From an uncultured Ruficoccus sp. (lineage in GTDB: Bacteria > Verrucomicrobiota > Verrucomicrobiia > Opitutales > Cerasicoccaceae): a DNA stretch of 64,000 nucleotides. Location of the stretch: assembly GCA_965140785.1 (NCBI GenBank), contig OZ223491.1:29796-93795 (forward strand), in the 5' to 3' direction. The position numbers were made by a program, and so were the translations under genes. Under the pieces are notes generated by a model. The model was not told where the DNA came from. It did no database searches and saw only the letters and a program-made list of their open reading frames with translations. Below, in pieces: positions 1-10,277 of the stretch. How positions within the stretch are numbered: the first letter of the stretch is position 1; every line of letters starts with the position of its first letter.

Positions 1-125
1 ACCGGTCAGTCCCCGCTGCCCGGCCTCCATCCTGCGCACCCACCCCTCGGCCAAACTTTTCCTGGATACCGACGCAGCCTCGCTCATGACCATGGTCGCC
101 TCCTGAGCATCGACCCGCAACACCC

Positions 126-1118
126 ATGGATGCTTTCAGACACACCTCCGGCCTCTTTGACCTGCAAGTCAACGGATTTGCCGGTATCGATTTCCAGAGC
201 CCGTCCCTGAAACAGTCCGAGCTGGAATTCGCCTGTGAGCAACTCCGTCGGCGTCAGACCGGTGGAATCCTGCTCACCCTCATCACCGCGCCCATTCCTC
301 AACTGTGCCGCCAACTCGAGAAAATCGAAAACTGGCGTCAACAGTCCCACCTGCTTGCGGACACCATCGCCGGCTACCACCTCGAAGGGCCCTTCATCAG
401 CGACGAACCCGGCTACTGTGGCGCGCATCCTGCTCAGGCGACACTAGACCCGACACCCAAGGACGTTTCCCGGCTCGTGGACGCTGCCGGCGGCCAGCTC
501 CGGCTGATGACACTCGCTCCCGAACGCAAAGGAGCCCCCGAGGCGATCCGGGCTCTTGTCGATATGAATGTTGTTGTCAGTTTGGGGCATACGAATGCCG
601 GAAGCGCCGCCATCGATCAGGCGGTCGAAGCCGGGGCCACGCTGTGCACCCACTTGGGCAATGGCGTCCCGCTCAATCTGCCGCGCCATGATAATATCAT
701 TCAGCGGCTGCTTTCCCGCGACGAGTTGATTGCCTGCTTCATTCCCGACGGCATCCATATTCCCTTTCCCGTCTTGAAAAATTTTATCCGGGCGAAATCG
801 CCACAGCAGGTGATTTTCACCACTGACTCGATGGCCGCTGCCGGCGCCCCCCCGGGCGATTACACACTCGGCCGGATGCATGTCCAGGTCGGCCCCGACG
901 GCGTCGCGCGTCAACCCGAGGGCGGCGGACTGGCGGGCTCCTCCCTCTGCCCCGACGAGGCGGTGGAGAACTTGACCCACCACCTGGGCTACACCCGTGC
1001 CGAGGCCGAATCGGCCCTGGGCTCCCGCGTCCTGGAAGTCCTCGGCATCAGCGCTCCCGATTACCCTGACCCTTTAACTGCGAAACACCCTCAACCTGCC
1101 CACCCAGCCCAAACTTAA
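126..1118 (+). CDS. nagA: N-acetylglucosamine-6-phosphate deacetylase
   Basis: Motifs FDLQVNGFAG, HLEGPFIS, GAHP, TLAPE, GHTNA, THLGNG, PDGIH and LAGS of the NagA amidohydrolase family. Confidence 0.9.
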   Translation: MDAFRHTSGLFDLQVNGFAGIDFQSPSLKQSELEFACEQLRRRQTGGILLTLITAPIPQLCRQLEKIENWRQQSHLLADTIAGYHLEGPFISDEPGYCGAHPAQATLDPTPKDVSRLVDAAGGQLRLMTLAPERKGAPEAIRALVDMNVVVSLGHTNAGSAAIDQAVEAGATLCTHLGNGVPLNLPRHDNIIQRLLSRDELIACFIPDGIHIPFPVLKNFIRAKSPQQVIFTTDSMAAAGAPPGDYTLGRMHVQVGPDGVARQPEGGGLAGSSLCPDEAVENLTHHLGYTRAEAESALGSRVLEVLGISAPDYPDPLTAKHPQPAHPAQT

Positions 1119-1209
1119 CCGGAAAGGTAAACTGGCGATGATCAAAATGACAGGTACAAATTTGGAAGGAACAAAACGGACGATAGGCGCTTCTGTGAAT
1201 AACGCTTTC

Positions 1210-1235
1210 CGTAGCGCTACGAATCCTTGTATACT
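1210..1235 (+). promoter_or_regulatory. 12-bp palindrome CGTAGCGCTACG (possible LacI-type operator) followed by a TATACT -10 box
   Basis: Perfect palindrome at 1210-1221 with a central CG; TATACT at 1230-1235; ATG at 1246. Confidence 0.4.
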
Positions 1236-1245
1236 TTCAAGCAAG

Positions 1246-1992
1246 ATGAACCGATATGCAGCAGTATCCCACCGCCGTAAGTCCTCTGCCAAAGCGTTCA
1301 GCCTGATTGAACTTATGACGGTGATCGCGGTTATCGGCATCCTTTGCTCGATCCTGATTCCCACCATCCAGTATGTCCGCCAGTCGGCTCGCGAATCGAA
1401 GTCGATCAGCAACCTGAGGCAGATATCCGCCGCCCTGAATGTCTATGCCTCTGAGCACGGCGGACGCTTCCCGGCCGGCTACTTCTATCAGCCCGGCGAA
1501 GGCGAACGCATCTGGACGGTCGAGCTTTCGCCCTACCTGGAGCAGAAAACCGACTCCAACGAGAGCGCCCGGAATATTTTTGTCTCTCCGCTGGCTGAAA
1601 TCCCCGTCAACGAGGGGAATTTCAACCAGGGCGTCGTCCCCTCCACCTACTCTGTACACGGGCTGATCTGCTCGGATATCAGCAACGGCGACACACGCCT
1701 GCGCCAGTCCCTGATCAAGCGTCCGTCCGATGTCATTCTGGTCGGCGAAGGCACCCAGCGCAGCAACAGTACCTACGCCAATGCCAGCTTCTCCAATCCC
1801 ATCGCCTTCCGCCAGGCTGACAGTACGGAAGACCTCGACACCCCGATCCCCACGGGCTCAGACGTGGACGGCGTAGGTGGCGCGCTCCGCTACCGCGCCC
1901 GGGGTTATGTGCCGGTCGCCTTTGTCGATGGCCACGCCGAACTAATGAAAAAAGGCACTGTCACCTACGCCAACGTGATCGCCGACCGCTGA
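1246..1992 (+). CDS. Prepilin-type N-terminal cleavage/methylation protein with H-X9-DG-like C-terminus (DUF1559-like)
   Basis: KAFSLIELMTVIAVIGIL...SNLRQI N-terminus and VAFVDGHA C-terminus. Start moved from the ORF-track 1138 to ATG 1246. Confidence 0.85.
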   Translation: MNRYAAVSHRRKSSAKAFSLIELMTVIAVIGILCSILIPTIQYVRQSARESKSISNLRQISAALNVYASEHGGRFPAGYFYQPGEGERIWTVELSPYLEQKTDSNESARNIFVSPLAEIPVNEGNFNQGVVPSTYSVHGLICSDISNGDTRLRQSLIKRPSDVILVGEGTQRSNSTYANASFSNPIAFRQADSTEDLDTPIPTGSDVDGVGGALRYRARGYVPVAFVDGHAELMKKGTVTYANVIADR

Positions 1993-2012
1993 GATCCTGC
2001 GTTAATCAAACC

Positions 2013-2852
2013 TCATTGCTCACGCCTGAGTGCGGAAGGGGACTTTCCCGTTTCCCGACGCATAAAGCGGGTGAAAGCGGCCGAGGAACCAAAGCCGATC
2101 CGCTCGGCAATCTGGGTCAACGACAACCCCGGATCCCGCATCAGCGCAAGCGCCCGGTGCAGTTGGTAGTTCGCCCGGTAACAGCGGATGGAGACGCCCG
2201 CCTCCGCTTCGAAACGCGTGCGTAGTTGCCGCTCAGACAAGCCGATTCGCCGGGCCACCGTTTCCAGCGTCCAGCCCTCCAGTGTCGCCTGCAGAATCAG
2301 CTCCTGTGCCCGGGCGATCCAGGAGCTTTTCCGGCGGGTCCGCACTTTTTCCTGCTGGGCCTGACCGATCAGCCGCAGCAACAGTTGATCCAGCACCGGA
2401 AGCATTTCCTCCGCGACGTTTTCCGGCTCCTGCCAGAGGCGGACAATCCTCTTCCACAGCGCGAGCGACACCTCGTCCTGGGCAAGTGCCCGGTAGCTGA
2501 GCGGGTTCATCTGCGCGGCCCCTTGCTCCAGATCGAAGGTGACAAACAGCCACCGCAACTTGTCCCCAGCCAAGTGGATGTAATGATGGAACTGAAACGG
2601 CAAGACAAGCAGCGCCTCCCGCTCCCGCAAGGGGATTTCCACCCCGTCCACCAGCACGGAGCCGGGCGTGTCCAAGGGCAGGATCAAGACATGGCGGTGA
2701 TGCGAACGGTTGGTAAAGTGCTTCTGTTGCAGGGAGGCACGATCCGTCCGCATGAAGACGATGGCATTCTGGCTGACCGGTCGCACAGACGCTGTCACCC
2801 CGTGGAAATAATTGCGGGGTGCGGGCAACGAAGCTGGAAACTCCTGCGGCAT
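2013..2852 (-). CDS. AraC-family transcriptional regulator (cupin + HTH)
   Basis: C-terminal ARRIGLSERQL...IAERIGFGSSAAFTRFMRRETGKSPS; divergent from nagB. Start estimated. Confidence 0.88.
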   Translation of the reverse strand: MPQEFPASLPAPRNYFHGVTASVRPVSQNAIVFMRTDRASLQQKHFTNRSHHRHVLILPLDTPGSVLVDGVEIPLREREALLVLPFQFHHYIHLAGDKLRWLFVTFDLEQGAAQMNPLSYRALAQDEVSLALWKRIVRLWQEPENVAEEMLPVLDQLLLRLIGQAQQEKVRTRRKSSWIARAQELILQATLEGWTLETVARRIGLSERQLRTRFEAEAGVSIRCYRANYQLHRALALMRDPGLSLTQIAERIGFGSSAAFTRFMRRETGKSPSALRREQ

Positions 2853-2926
2853 GACTTCCGAAATAATCAAATTTTCCGCCGAAAACAGCAATCGTAAAAC
2901 CCAAAGTATCTGCTATACTAACAACC

Positions 2927-4843
2927 ATGAGCAAACCAGAGATCAGCGAGCTCTCCCAACGCGAGAAAATTCAGACCCAGATTTATTCGTCTGCCGATGA
3001 CGCGTGCACATTCGTAGCGGACGCCATTACGGAGCTGATCCAGCAGCGCAGCGCGGAGCACAAGCCCGCCGTCCTCGGCCTGGCCACCGGCTCGACCCCG
3101 GTCCGGCTCTACCGCGAGCTGATCCGTCGCCACCGCGAGGAGGGGCTGTCGTTCGCCAACGTCATCACCTTCAACCTGGACGAATACTACGGCCTCTCCG
3201 GCAACCACCCCGAGAGCTACCGCCGCTTCATGCAGGACCAGCTTTTCGACCACGTGGACCTCAAGGCAGATAACACCTATGTGCCCGACGGCCTGGCGGC
3301 GCGCGACAAGGTCTTCGCCTCCTGCCAGGCTTACGAGGCGGCCATCCGCGAGGCCGGGGGCATCGACATCCAGATTCTCGGCATCGGCCGCACCGGGCAC
3401 ATCGGCTTCAACGAGCCAGGCTCGGGCCCGGAGAGCCGCACCCGCTTGGTCACGCTCGACAGCCTCACCCGCCGCGACGCCGCCCGCGACTTTCTGGGCG
3501 AGGAGAATGTCCCGCGCCACGCCATCACCATGGGCGTCGGCACCATCCTCGACGCCCGCCAGGTCTTTCTGCTGGCCTGGGGCGAGGCCAAGGCCGGCGT
3601 CATCGCCCAATCCGTCGAGGGCGAGCCTTCGGCCACGATTCCGGCCAGCTTTCTCCAGTTGCACCGCGACTGCACCTTCTGCATCGATGAGGCCGCCGGT
3701 GGCCACTTGACCCGCCTGCGCCACCCCTGGCTCGTCGGACCGGTGGAGTGGACCCCCGCCATGATCCGCAAGTCCATGGTCTGGCTGGCTGGCATCACAC
3801 AAAAGCCCCTGCTCAAGCTGACCGACGAGGACTACACCGAGAACGGCATGGCCGACCTGCTGACCGAGAAGGGCTCCGCCTACCGGCTCAACATCGACAC
3901 CTTTAACACCACCCAGCACACCATCACCGGCTGGCCCGGCGGCAAACCCAACGCCGACGACAGCCACCGGCCCGAGCGCGCAAGCCCCTTTCCCAAGCGT
4001 GCGCTCGTCCTCAGCCCCGAGCCGACCGACGACGTCGCCTGCCTCGGCGGAACCATTCACCGGCTGGCCAATCAGGGCAGCGATGTGACCCTCGCCTACC
4101 TTACCTCGGGCAACCTCGCCGTCCCCGACACCGACGCCCGCCGCTCCATTGAGCTGATCATCGAGCTGGGCGAAACCATGCACAACGCCTCCGAGGTCAA
4201 GCACGCCCGGACGGTGGAGAAGCAGCTCGACGGCAAGGGACAGTTCGGTGAAGACACGCCGGACATCCGCCACCTCAAGGGCCTCATCCGGCGCGGCGAA
4301 GCCCGCTGCTCGGCCCGCATCCTGGAGCTGGAGCCCGAGCGCCTGCGCTTCCTTGACCTGCCCTTTTACGAGCAGGGGCGCTACCGACGGTTCAAGCCGC
4401 AGGCCGAGGACGTGGCCGCCATGGTCAAGCTCCTCGACGGGGTGCGCCCCCACCAGATATTCACCACCGGCCTGGGACACGATCCGCTCTCCGTCCCCGC
4501 GCTGTGCTTCGAGATTTTACGGGAGGCGCTGAAGGCCTGCGCCGGTGCCGACTGGCTGAGCGACTGCTGGATCTGGCTCTACCGCGGCCCCGGCGCCGAG
4601 TGGGAAATCCACGAGCTGGACATGGCGGTGCCGCTCTCGCCCGACGAGTTGACCTTTAAAATCCAGGGCATTTACCAGCACCAGACCCAGCGCAGCCAGT
4701 CACCCAGCATCAGCCGCCTGAGTGAAAACTCCTGGAATCTCGCCAGCGAGCTGAACCGCACGACCGCCCAAACCTACGACGCGCTCGGCCTGCCCGAATA
4801 CGAGGCCCTCGAGGGCTTTAAACGCTACCTTCCCGAGCTGTGA
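2927..4843 (+). CDS. nagB: Glucosamine-6-phosphate deaminase, long form with C-terminal PIG-L-like domain
   Basis: LGLATGSTP, TFNLDEY, GIGRTGHIGFNEPGS and TITGWPGGKP; 638 aa two-domain NagB typical of Bacteroidota/PVC. Confidence 0.92.
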   Translation: MSKPEISELSQREKIQTQIYSSADDACTFVADAITELIQQRSAEHKPAVLGLATGSTPVRLYRELIRRHREEGLSFANVITFNLDEYYGLSGNHPESYRRFMQDQLFDHVDLKADNTYVPDGLAARDKVFASCQAYEAAIREAGGIDIQILGIGRTGHIGFNEPGSGPESRTRLVTLDSLTRRDAARDFLGEENVPRHAITMGVGTILDARQVFLLAWGEAKAGVIAQSVEGEPSATIPASFLQLHRDCTFCIDEAAGGHLTRLRHPWLVGPVEWTPAMIRKSMVWLAGITQKPLLKLTDEDYTENGMADLLTEKGSAYRLNIDTFNTTQHTITGWPGGKPNADDSHRPERASPFPKRALVLSPEPTDDVACLGGTIHRLANQGSDVTLAYLTSGNLAVPDTDARRSIELIIELGETMHNASEVKHARTVEKQLDGKGQFGEDTPDIRHLKGLIRRGEARCSARILELEPERLRFLDLPFYEQGRYRRFKPQAEDVAAMVKLLDGVRPHQIFTTGLGHDPLSVPALCFEILREALKACAGADWLSDCWIWLYRGPGAEWEIHELDMAVPLSPDELTFKIQGIYQHQTQRSQSPSISRLSENSWNLASELNRTTAQTYDALGLPEYEALEGFKRYLPEL

Positions 4844-6231
4844 ACCCCCAGACACAACCGATGCCACACCGCCCACCACTCGACCCGGATTTCCTGCCGA
4901 CCGCGACCTGGAACCGCGACTACCGCACCCGCGCTGGTAAGATGTCCGGCTCGCGCCCGGTCACATTCACGATTACCCGGCCTGACCGCCAATCGTGGAC
5001 CTACACTACCCGTATGCTCCCCGACCTGCCGGAGCATGCCGAGTACAACTGGCGTTACGCTGAGCGGCTGGTCAAGACCTTGCTGTGGGCATGGGGCGGC
5101 AGCCGCGTCCGGGTGTACGGGGCGCACGAAATTGTCTCCAAGCTCCGGCAGACCTACCGGCCCGAGGGCCCGCGCGGATTCGATTGCGACTTTATCGGTC
5201 AGACCTGCTTCGGGGAGGCCATGAGCATCGGTGAAGGCCGCCCCCCGGCCAATCCCACCTCTCCCGCCAGCCTTTCGGTGGAGAACAACCTGAAAGGCTG
5301 CCGCATCGGCTTCGACCTCGGGGGCAGCGACCGCAAATGCGCCGCCCTCATCGACGGCGAGGTCGTCTTCTCCGAGGAGGTCAAGTGGGACCCCTACTTT
5401 CAGGCCGACCCTGCCTATCACCTCGACGGCATCCGCCACAGCCTGCAACTGGCCGCCGCGAAGCTTCCCCGCGTCGATGCCATCGGCGGCAGCGCCGCCG
5501 GTATCTATATCAATAATGAGCCCCGCGCCGGTTCGCTCTTTCGCGGCGTTTCCCCGGAAGACTTTGATCGCGGCATCCGCGGCCTGTTCCGCCAACTCCA
5601 GCAGGAGTGGGGCGGCGTGCCCTTTGCTGTGGCCAATGACGGCGACGTTACCGCGCTGGCCGGGGCCATGTCCCTGAAGACCAACGCCGTCCTCGGCATT
5701 TCCATGGGCACGAGCCAGGCCGCCGGTTACGTCGATCCCCAGGGGCAGGTCACCGGGTGGCTGAACGAGCTTGCCTTCGTCCCGGTCGATGTCCGCGAGG
5801 ACGCCCCGTGCGATGAGTGGAGCGGCGACCATGGTTGCGGCGTGCAGTATTTTTCGCAGCAGGCCGTCGGGCGGCTCATTCCCGCCGCCGGGCTCAGCGT
5901 GGATAAAAGCGCCTCGCTGCCCGAACAGCTCGAAGCCGTCCAGAGCCGCATGGCCCAGGGCGACGAACGCGCCGCCGCTATTTACCAAACGATTGGCGTG
6001 TACTTCGGGTATGCGCTGGCCCACTACGCAGACTTTTATGATTTCAACCACCTGCTCCTCCTCGGGCGCGTCAGCTCGGGCGACGGCGGGCGGATCATCC
6101 TCGATCAGGCCCGCGCCGTTCTCGGCGACGAGTTCCCGGAGCTGGCCGCGAAAATCAAACTCGACACCCCGGACGAACAGATGAAGCGTCACGGACAGGC
6201 CATCGCCGCCGCCAGCCTGCCTCGATTTTAA
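4840..6231 (+). CDS. ROK-family sugar kinase
   Basis: GFDLGGSDRK, VANDGDVTALAG, GTSQAAG and GWLNELAF; overlaps the nagB stop. Confidence 0.85.
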   Translation: MNPQTQPMPHRPPLDPDFLPTATWNRDYRTRAGKMSGSRPVTFTITRPDRQSWTYTTRMLPDLPEHAEYNWRYAERLVKTLLWAWGGSRVRVYGAHEIVSKLRQTYRPEGPRGFDCDFIGQTCFGEAMSIGEGRPPANPTSPASLSVENNLKGCRIGFDLGGSDRKCAALIDGEVVFSEEVKWDPYFQADPAYHLDGIRHSLQLAAAKLPRVDAIGGSAAGIYINNEPRAGSLFRGVSPEDFDRGIRGLFRQLQQEWGGVPFAVANDGDVTALAGAMSLKTNAVLGISMGTSQAAGYVDPQGQVTGWLNELAFVPVDVREDAPCDEWSGDHGCGVQYFSQQAVGRLIPAAGLSVDKSASLPEQLEAVQSRMAQGDERAAAIYQTIGVYFGYALAHYADFYDFNHLLLLGRVSSGDGGRIILDQARAVLGDEFPELAAKIKLDTPDEQMKRHGQAIAAASLPRF

Positions 6232-6243
6232 CCCCCGCCAACC

Positions 6244-7098
6244 ATGCACTTCACCCAAGCCCAAGCCGACCTTTTCATTCCCGACGCCCTACCCGCTCCG
6301 GAGGCCCTTGCCCGCACCACCCACCTGGGAATCGGTGCCCATCAGGACGACCTGGAGTTCATGGCCCTGCACGGCATCCTGGCGTGCTTTCAGCGCACGG
6401 ACCGGTGGTTCGGCGCGGTGACCTGCACCGACGGGGCCGGGAGCGCCCGCACAGGCGCGTACGCCAACTTCAGTGACGAGGAGATGAAAGCCGTCCGCGT
6501 GCAGGAGCAGCGCGCCGCCGCCGTCATCGGCCAATACAGCTTCGTCGCGCAGCTCGCCCACCCCAGCTCGGGCGTCAAGACCGCCGCTCCCCGCGCCCGT
6601 GTGAGCGAAGACCTGCAAGCCCTCCTCACCGCCGCGCAGCCCGAGGTTGTCTATACCCACAACCCCGCCGACAAGCACGCCACTCACATCGGGGTTTTTC
6701 TCGCCACGCTGGGCGCTATCCGCTCGCTGCCGCAGGCGCTGCGCCCGAAAAAACTCCTCGGCTGCGAAGTCTGGCGCGGCCTCGACTGGCTGCGCGACGC
6801 CGACAAGGCCGTGCTCCCGGTCGGCAACCACCCCAACCTCGCCGCCGCCCTCAACGGTGTCTTTGACTCGCAGATCACCGGCGGCAAGCGCTACGACCTC
6901 GCCGTCGAAGGCCGCCGTCTGGCCAACGCCACCTTCTTTGACGCTCACTCCGTTGATGAGCAGGATAAAGTGACCTACGCGCTCGACCTGACGCCGCTGC
7001 TTGAGGACGATTCGCTCGATCCGCTGGCGTTCGTCACCGGGCATGTCCGGCGTCTCCAGGAAGACATCGAGGCACTCTACGGCGACCTTTCCCAATAG
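6244..7098 (+). CDS. PIG-L/LmbE-family deacetylase
   Basis: AHQDDLE, TDGAGS, R..EQ and DKHATH metal-binding motifs. Confidence 0.88.
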   Translation: MHFTQAQADLFIPDALPAPEALARTTHLGIGAHQDDLEFMALHGILACFQRTDRWFGAVTCTDGAGSARTGAYANFSDEEMKAVRVQEQRAAAVIGQYSFVAQLAHPSSGVKTAAPRARVSEDLQALLTAAQPEVVYTHNPADKHATHIGVFLATLGAIRSLPQALRPKKLLGCEVWRGLDWLRDADKAVLPVGNHPNLAAALNGVFDSQITGGKRYDLAVEGRRLANATFFDAHSVDEQDKVTYALDLTPLLEDDSLDPLAFVTGHVRRLQEDIEALYGDLSQ

Positions 7099-7164
7099 GT
7101 CGCCGCCGGGCTGCATAGCGGCGGTATTATTTGCTGACTATTAGCCCCAGCAGACGACACCTGT

Positions 7165-7932
7165 TTACTCCTTTCGCGCGTTTATGTCCACCTGCTCCGG
7201 TGGCCATGTCACAGGATGCCAATACGTGCGCAGATGGTAGTTCGCCTCCGGAAATTCGGGCGTGGCGGACAGCACCGGCTCCCCCGCGCCCGGACCGGTA
7301 TCGTACCGTGCGAAAGAAAACCTGAGCTCTCGCGGGCTCCTGTCTCCGTCCATCGGCCCGCCGGGGATATCCAGGCCCAGGCTCGCGTACGGGATCAGAA
7401 GGTAAACCGTCCAGAACCCCGCTCCTGGAGCCGCCTCAGTTTCGCTCCGGGCAAAACTGCGATCGTCGATCAACGCGGACTCAAACGACACCTCGTTAGC
7501 CCGAAACGCCCGGTAGCTCTCCGGGCTCCAGCGCAGAAACAGGTTCTGGTTCTCCGGGGTGACGTGGACCTCGTAGTACCGCCCTGCTCCGGTCTCAATG
7601 AAGCATTCAAAGACATCGCCGTTTTCCCAGGTTTTTTGATTAAAACCATCCGTGCCGTTGTGGATGGACGCATCCTCCAGCACCGCCAGCACGACAAAGC
7701 CCTCGTCGGTGGCATAGAGCCGCACCCGCCCCGGCGCGAACCCGGCCTCGGGCTGTGCGCGCCAAGCCTGCCGCAAGGGAAGCACGAGCAGAGGCGTATC
7801 GAGTAAACCATGACATTGCGCAAATTTGTCCAGAATAACACTCAGTGAACCGGGCAGACCGGGATTGGCGCAGGAAACGGCCAGTGCCGACAGCCCCATT
7901 AAGATAGAAAGAAAAAGGCGGAGGCTGGACAT
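7165..7932 (-). CDS. Lipoprotein with CBM9/DOMON-like sugar-binding domain
   Basis: Lipobox LAVSC; WENGDVFECFI...YYEVHVTPEN, typical of CBM9-like proteins. Confidence 0.6.
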   Translation of the reverse strand: MSSLRLFLSILMGLSALAVSCANPGLPGSLSVILDKFAQCHGLLDTPLLVLPLRQAWRAQPEAGFAPGRVRLYATDEGFVVLAVLEDASIHNGTDGFNQKTWENGDVFECFIETGAGRYYEVHVTPENQNLFLRWSPESYRAFRANEVSFESALIDDRSFARSETEAAPGAGFWTVYLLIPYASLGLDIPGGPMDGDRSPRELRFSFARYDTGPGAGEPVLSATPEFPEANYHLRTYWHPVTWPPEQVDINARKE

Positions 7933-7935
7933 GAT

Positions 7936-9993
7936 TCAATCACGCTCTTGCAAATGTTCGTCGCCACGGACGGTGCCATCGTCGGACTCGTCGCGCTCGG
8001 GTCCCTTCAGGTGCCGCACAAAGGCGAACAGATCGCGGAATCCGCCAATCAGGAACCAGACCGTGGCGATTAACGCAATGATGATCGTGATCACGACCTT
8101 GAACCCCCACCAGCGGATCCAGCTTTCGTCAGAGATGCCGCTGGTGACCGCGAGGGCGGATCCGATGAGGAAACAGATAAACCAGAAAAACGCGAAGCAC
8201 GTCGCGAACAGATAAATAAAACGATCTCCCCGCGTAAAGTCCCGGTTGATGCCGAGTACCCGATAGATACGTTGACGCCAGCCGACCGGCGGCGGGTCCG
8301 CCGAGCGGCCCGGATTATCCGCCGCACCCTCGGGATGGTGCCCCACCACCTCGATCGCATACTCACCGCGGTGCAGAAGCTTGTCCATATTCACCGGTGG
8401 ACGTCGGGATAACAGCGAGAAAACCACATAGGCCAATCCGGCCGAGACCGCCGCGATGAGGGACATCTGCACCCCGTTGAGCGGAAAGGCGGCGGGCAGG
8501 TGCTGTAGCCAGACCACTCCCGAGTGCGCAAGCTTCCAGTCCGGTAGGAGGTGCGGCCAGACGAGGTTACGCAGCACGATGCCGCACACCGCCATGACCG
8601 AGCCGATGATCATAGCCGCCCAGGCTCCTTCCACCGAGCCACGCTTCCAGTAAAGCCCCCCGAGGATAACCGCCCCGGCCCCGCCGAGGTAAATGGCTCC
8701 GGTGATCTGGAAGTACATGTAGATGTACTCATTGAGCGGAAAGAACAGGCTGAAGAAAAAAGCAAAGACGGCTACGCCCACAATCGCTCCGCGCAGCAGC
8801 CACATGTGCGCCTTCTGGCTCAGCGGTTTATTGCGCAGGGGCATAACCACGTCCTGGATAAAGATCGAGCCCCACGAGTGCAGGTAGGTGTCGTCCGTCG
8901 AGACGGCGGCGGAGATGATCATGGCGACAAAGAGTCCCATCACCCCCATGGGGAGCAACTGCGACAATCCGGCCGGCACGCGCATCTGGCCCTGGATTTG
9001 TGGGCTGTCGATGGTGGAGAGCACTGCTTGGACCGCGTCGGCCTGAGCGGTAAACTCCGGCAGGTGCAGCATTGCGAACACGAACAGCGGGCACAGCATC
9101 GAAAGCAGAAAGAGCACCTGCGCCCGGAACATGCCCAGGATGTTCGCCATGCGCGCCTCGTGCGGGCTTTTCGGGGCGGCATTATAACCCTGCGATCCTT
9201 GCCAGGCCTTGAAGCCGTAAATGTTCAGCACCGCGATCATGACAAAAAACGCCGGGTTGAAGCCCTTCGTGTCGCCCTGCTTGAAGGGGTTGATCCGCGA
9301 GGCCTGCTCGGGCGCCATTTGCAGCCCGCTGATCAGCTCCGGCCAGCTGATGCGCGAGAGCAGCACGAAGAAGCAGATCAGGATCGTTATCTGCACCATC
9401 TGCCCCTGGAAAAAATCCGTGATCATCACGGCGATCTGCCCGCCGGACAGCGTCAGCGTCAAGGCCACCGCAAGCAGCAGAAACATGACCGGCGCGATGG
9501 TGGGAACCGCGAAGCCCATTACTTCAAAGCTCTGCGGCAACCCGCAAAAGTAAACCAGGAAGCGCGCCGTCACCGCCGGGAATATCCCGTAGTTGAGCAC
9601 CCCGGAGACAAAGGCCAGAATCCCGGAAAAAATGCGGAAGCGCCGGCTGTAGCGCATCTCGAAAAACTGCGCCATGGTCAGCGCCCGGGTTTCTCGGTAG
9701 CGGTAGATGACGAAGCCGGACAGCGCCAGGATCAAGCCCAGCGGCGCCAGAATCTGCTCCCACCACGCGCCGGAAAATCCGGACTCGTAGAACTTCTCGA
9801 AGTTGGCCGCAATAGAGATCGCTCCCAGCCCCGCCATCCCGTCGGCCATCGTCAGCAGGTAGCGCCCGGCACAGCGGTTACCGGCGAGAAAGTCAGCCAC
9901 ACTCCGGGTCAGCAAGTGCGTGCGGACCGCAATGCCGATCAAAAAAGCCAGCAAGGTGCCGACAATCAACCAGTCAATCCATTGCAGGTTCAT
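7936..9993 (-). CDS. Sodium:solute symporter (SSS) family sugar transporter
   Basis: DFLAGNR, TMAQFFEMRY, GGQIAVMITDFFQG and AAVSTDD; about 14 hydrophobic segments. Confidence 0.9.
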   Translation of the reverse strand: MNLQWIDWLIVGTLLAFLIGIAVRTHLLTRSVADFLAGNRCAGRYLLTMADGMAGLGAISIAANFEKFYESGFSGAWWEQILAPLGLILALSGFVIYRYRETRALTMAQFFEMRYSRRFRIFSGILAFVSGVLNYGIFPAVTARFLVYFCGLPQSFEVMGFAVPTIAPVMFLLLAVALTLTLSGGQIAVMITDFFQGQMVQITILICFFVLLSRISWPELISGLQMAPEQASRINPFKQGDTKGFNPAFFVMIAVLNIYGFKAWQGSQGYNAAPKSPHEARMANILGMFRAQVLFLLSMLCPLFVFAMLHLPEFTAQADAVQAVLSTIDSPQIQGQMRVPAGLSQLLPMGVMGLFVAMIISAAVSTDDTYLHSWGSIFIQDVVMPLRNKPLSQKAHMWLLRGAIVGVAVFAFFFSLFFPLNEYIYMYFQITGAIYLGGAGAVILGGLYWKRGSVEGAWAAMIIGSVMAVCGIVLRNLVWPHLLPDWKLAHSGVVWLQHLPAAFPLNGVQMSLIAAVSAGLAYVVFSLLSRRPPVNMDKLLHRGEYAIEVVGHHPEGAADNPGRSADPPPVGWRQRIYRVLGINRDFTRGDRFIYLFATCFAFFWFICFLIGSALAVTSGISDESWIRWWGFKVVITIIIALIATVWFLIGGFRDLFAFVRHLKGPERDESDDGTVRGDEHLQERD

Positions 9994-10277
9994 GAGGAAT
10001 AATGGGGTAGCTCTGCGTTATATTTCACTCAATGAAACATTTTCAAATCCCGCTACAGTGTCAACGTAAAACAGGAAAAGCCCAATAGCTATTTTAACCG
10101 GCGCAGAATAAGGCGCGAGAGGTACTGTTTCCTTTTCCTGGACAAAAGGCACACCAGTGATTCACCGTGCCAGCCGATCCTCCAGGAATGACATTATCCA
10201 CGAGTTGCCGCCCAATTAATTCATTGAATAAAGTTTTTAATTGATTTATCTCCCGTTCCAGATAAGCTGAAATTCAA

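Noticed and set aside
2918..10002. Long opposite-strand ORFs (2918-4480, 4825-6264, 6289-7116, 8551-10002)
   Set aside because: Shadow ORFs of high-GC genes, with no motifs.
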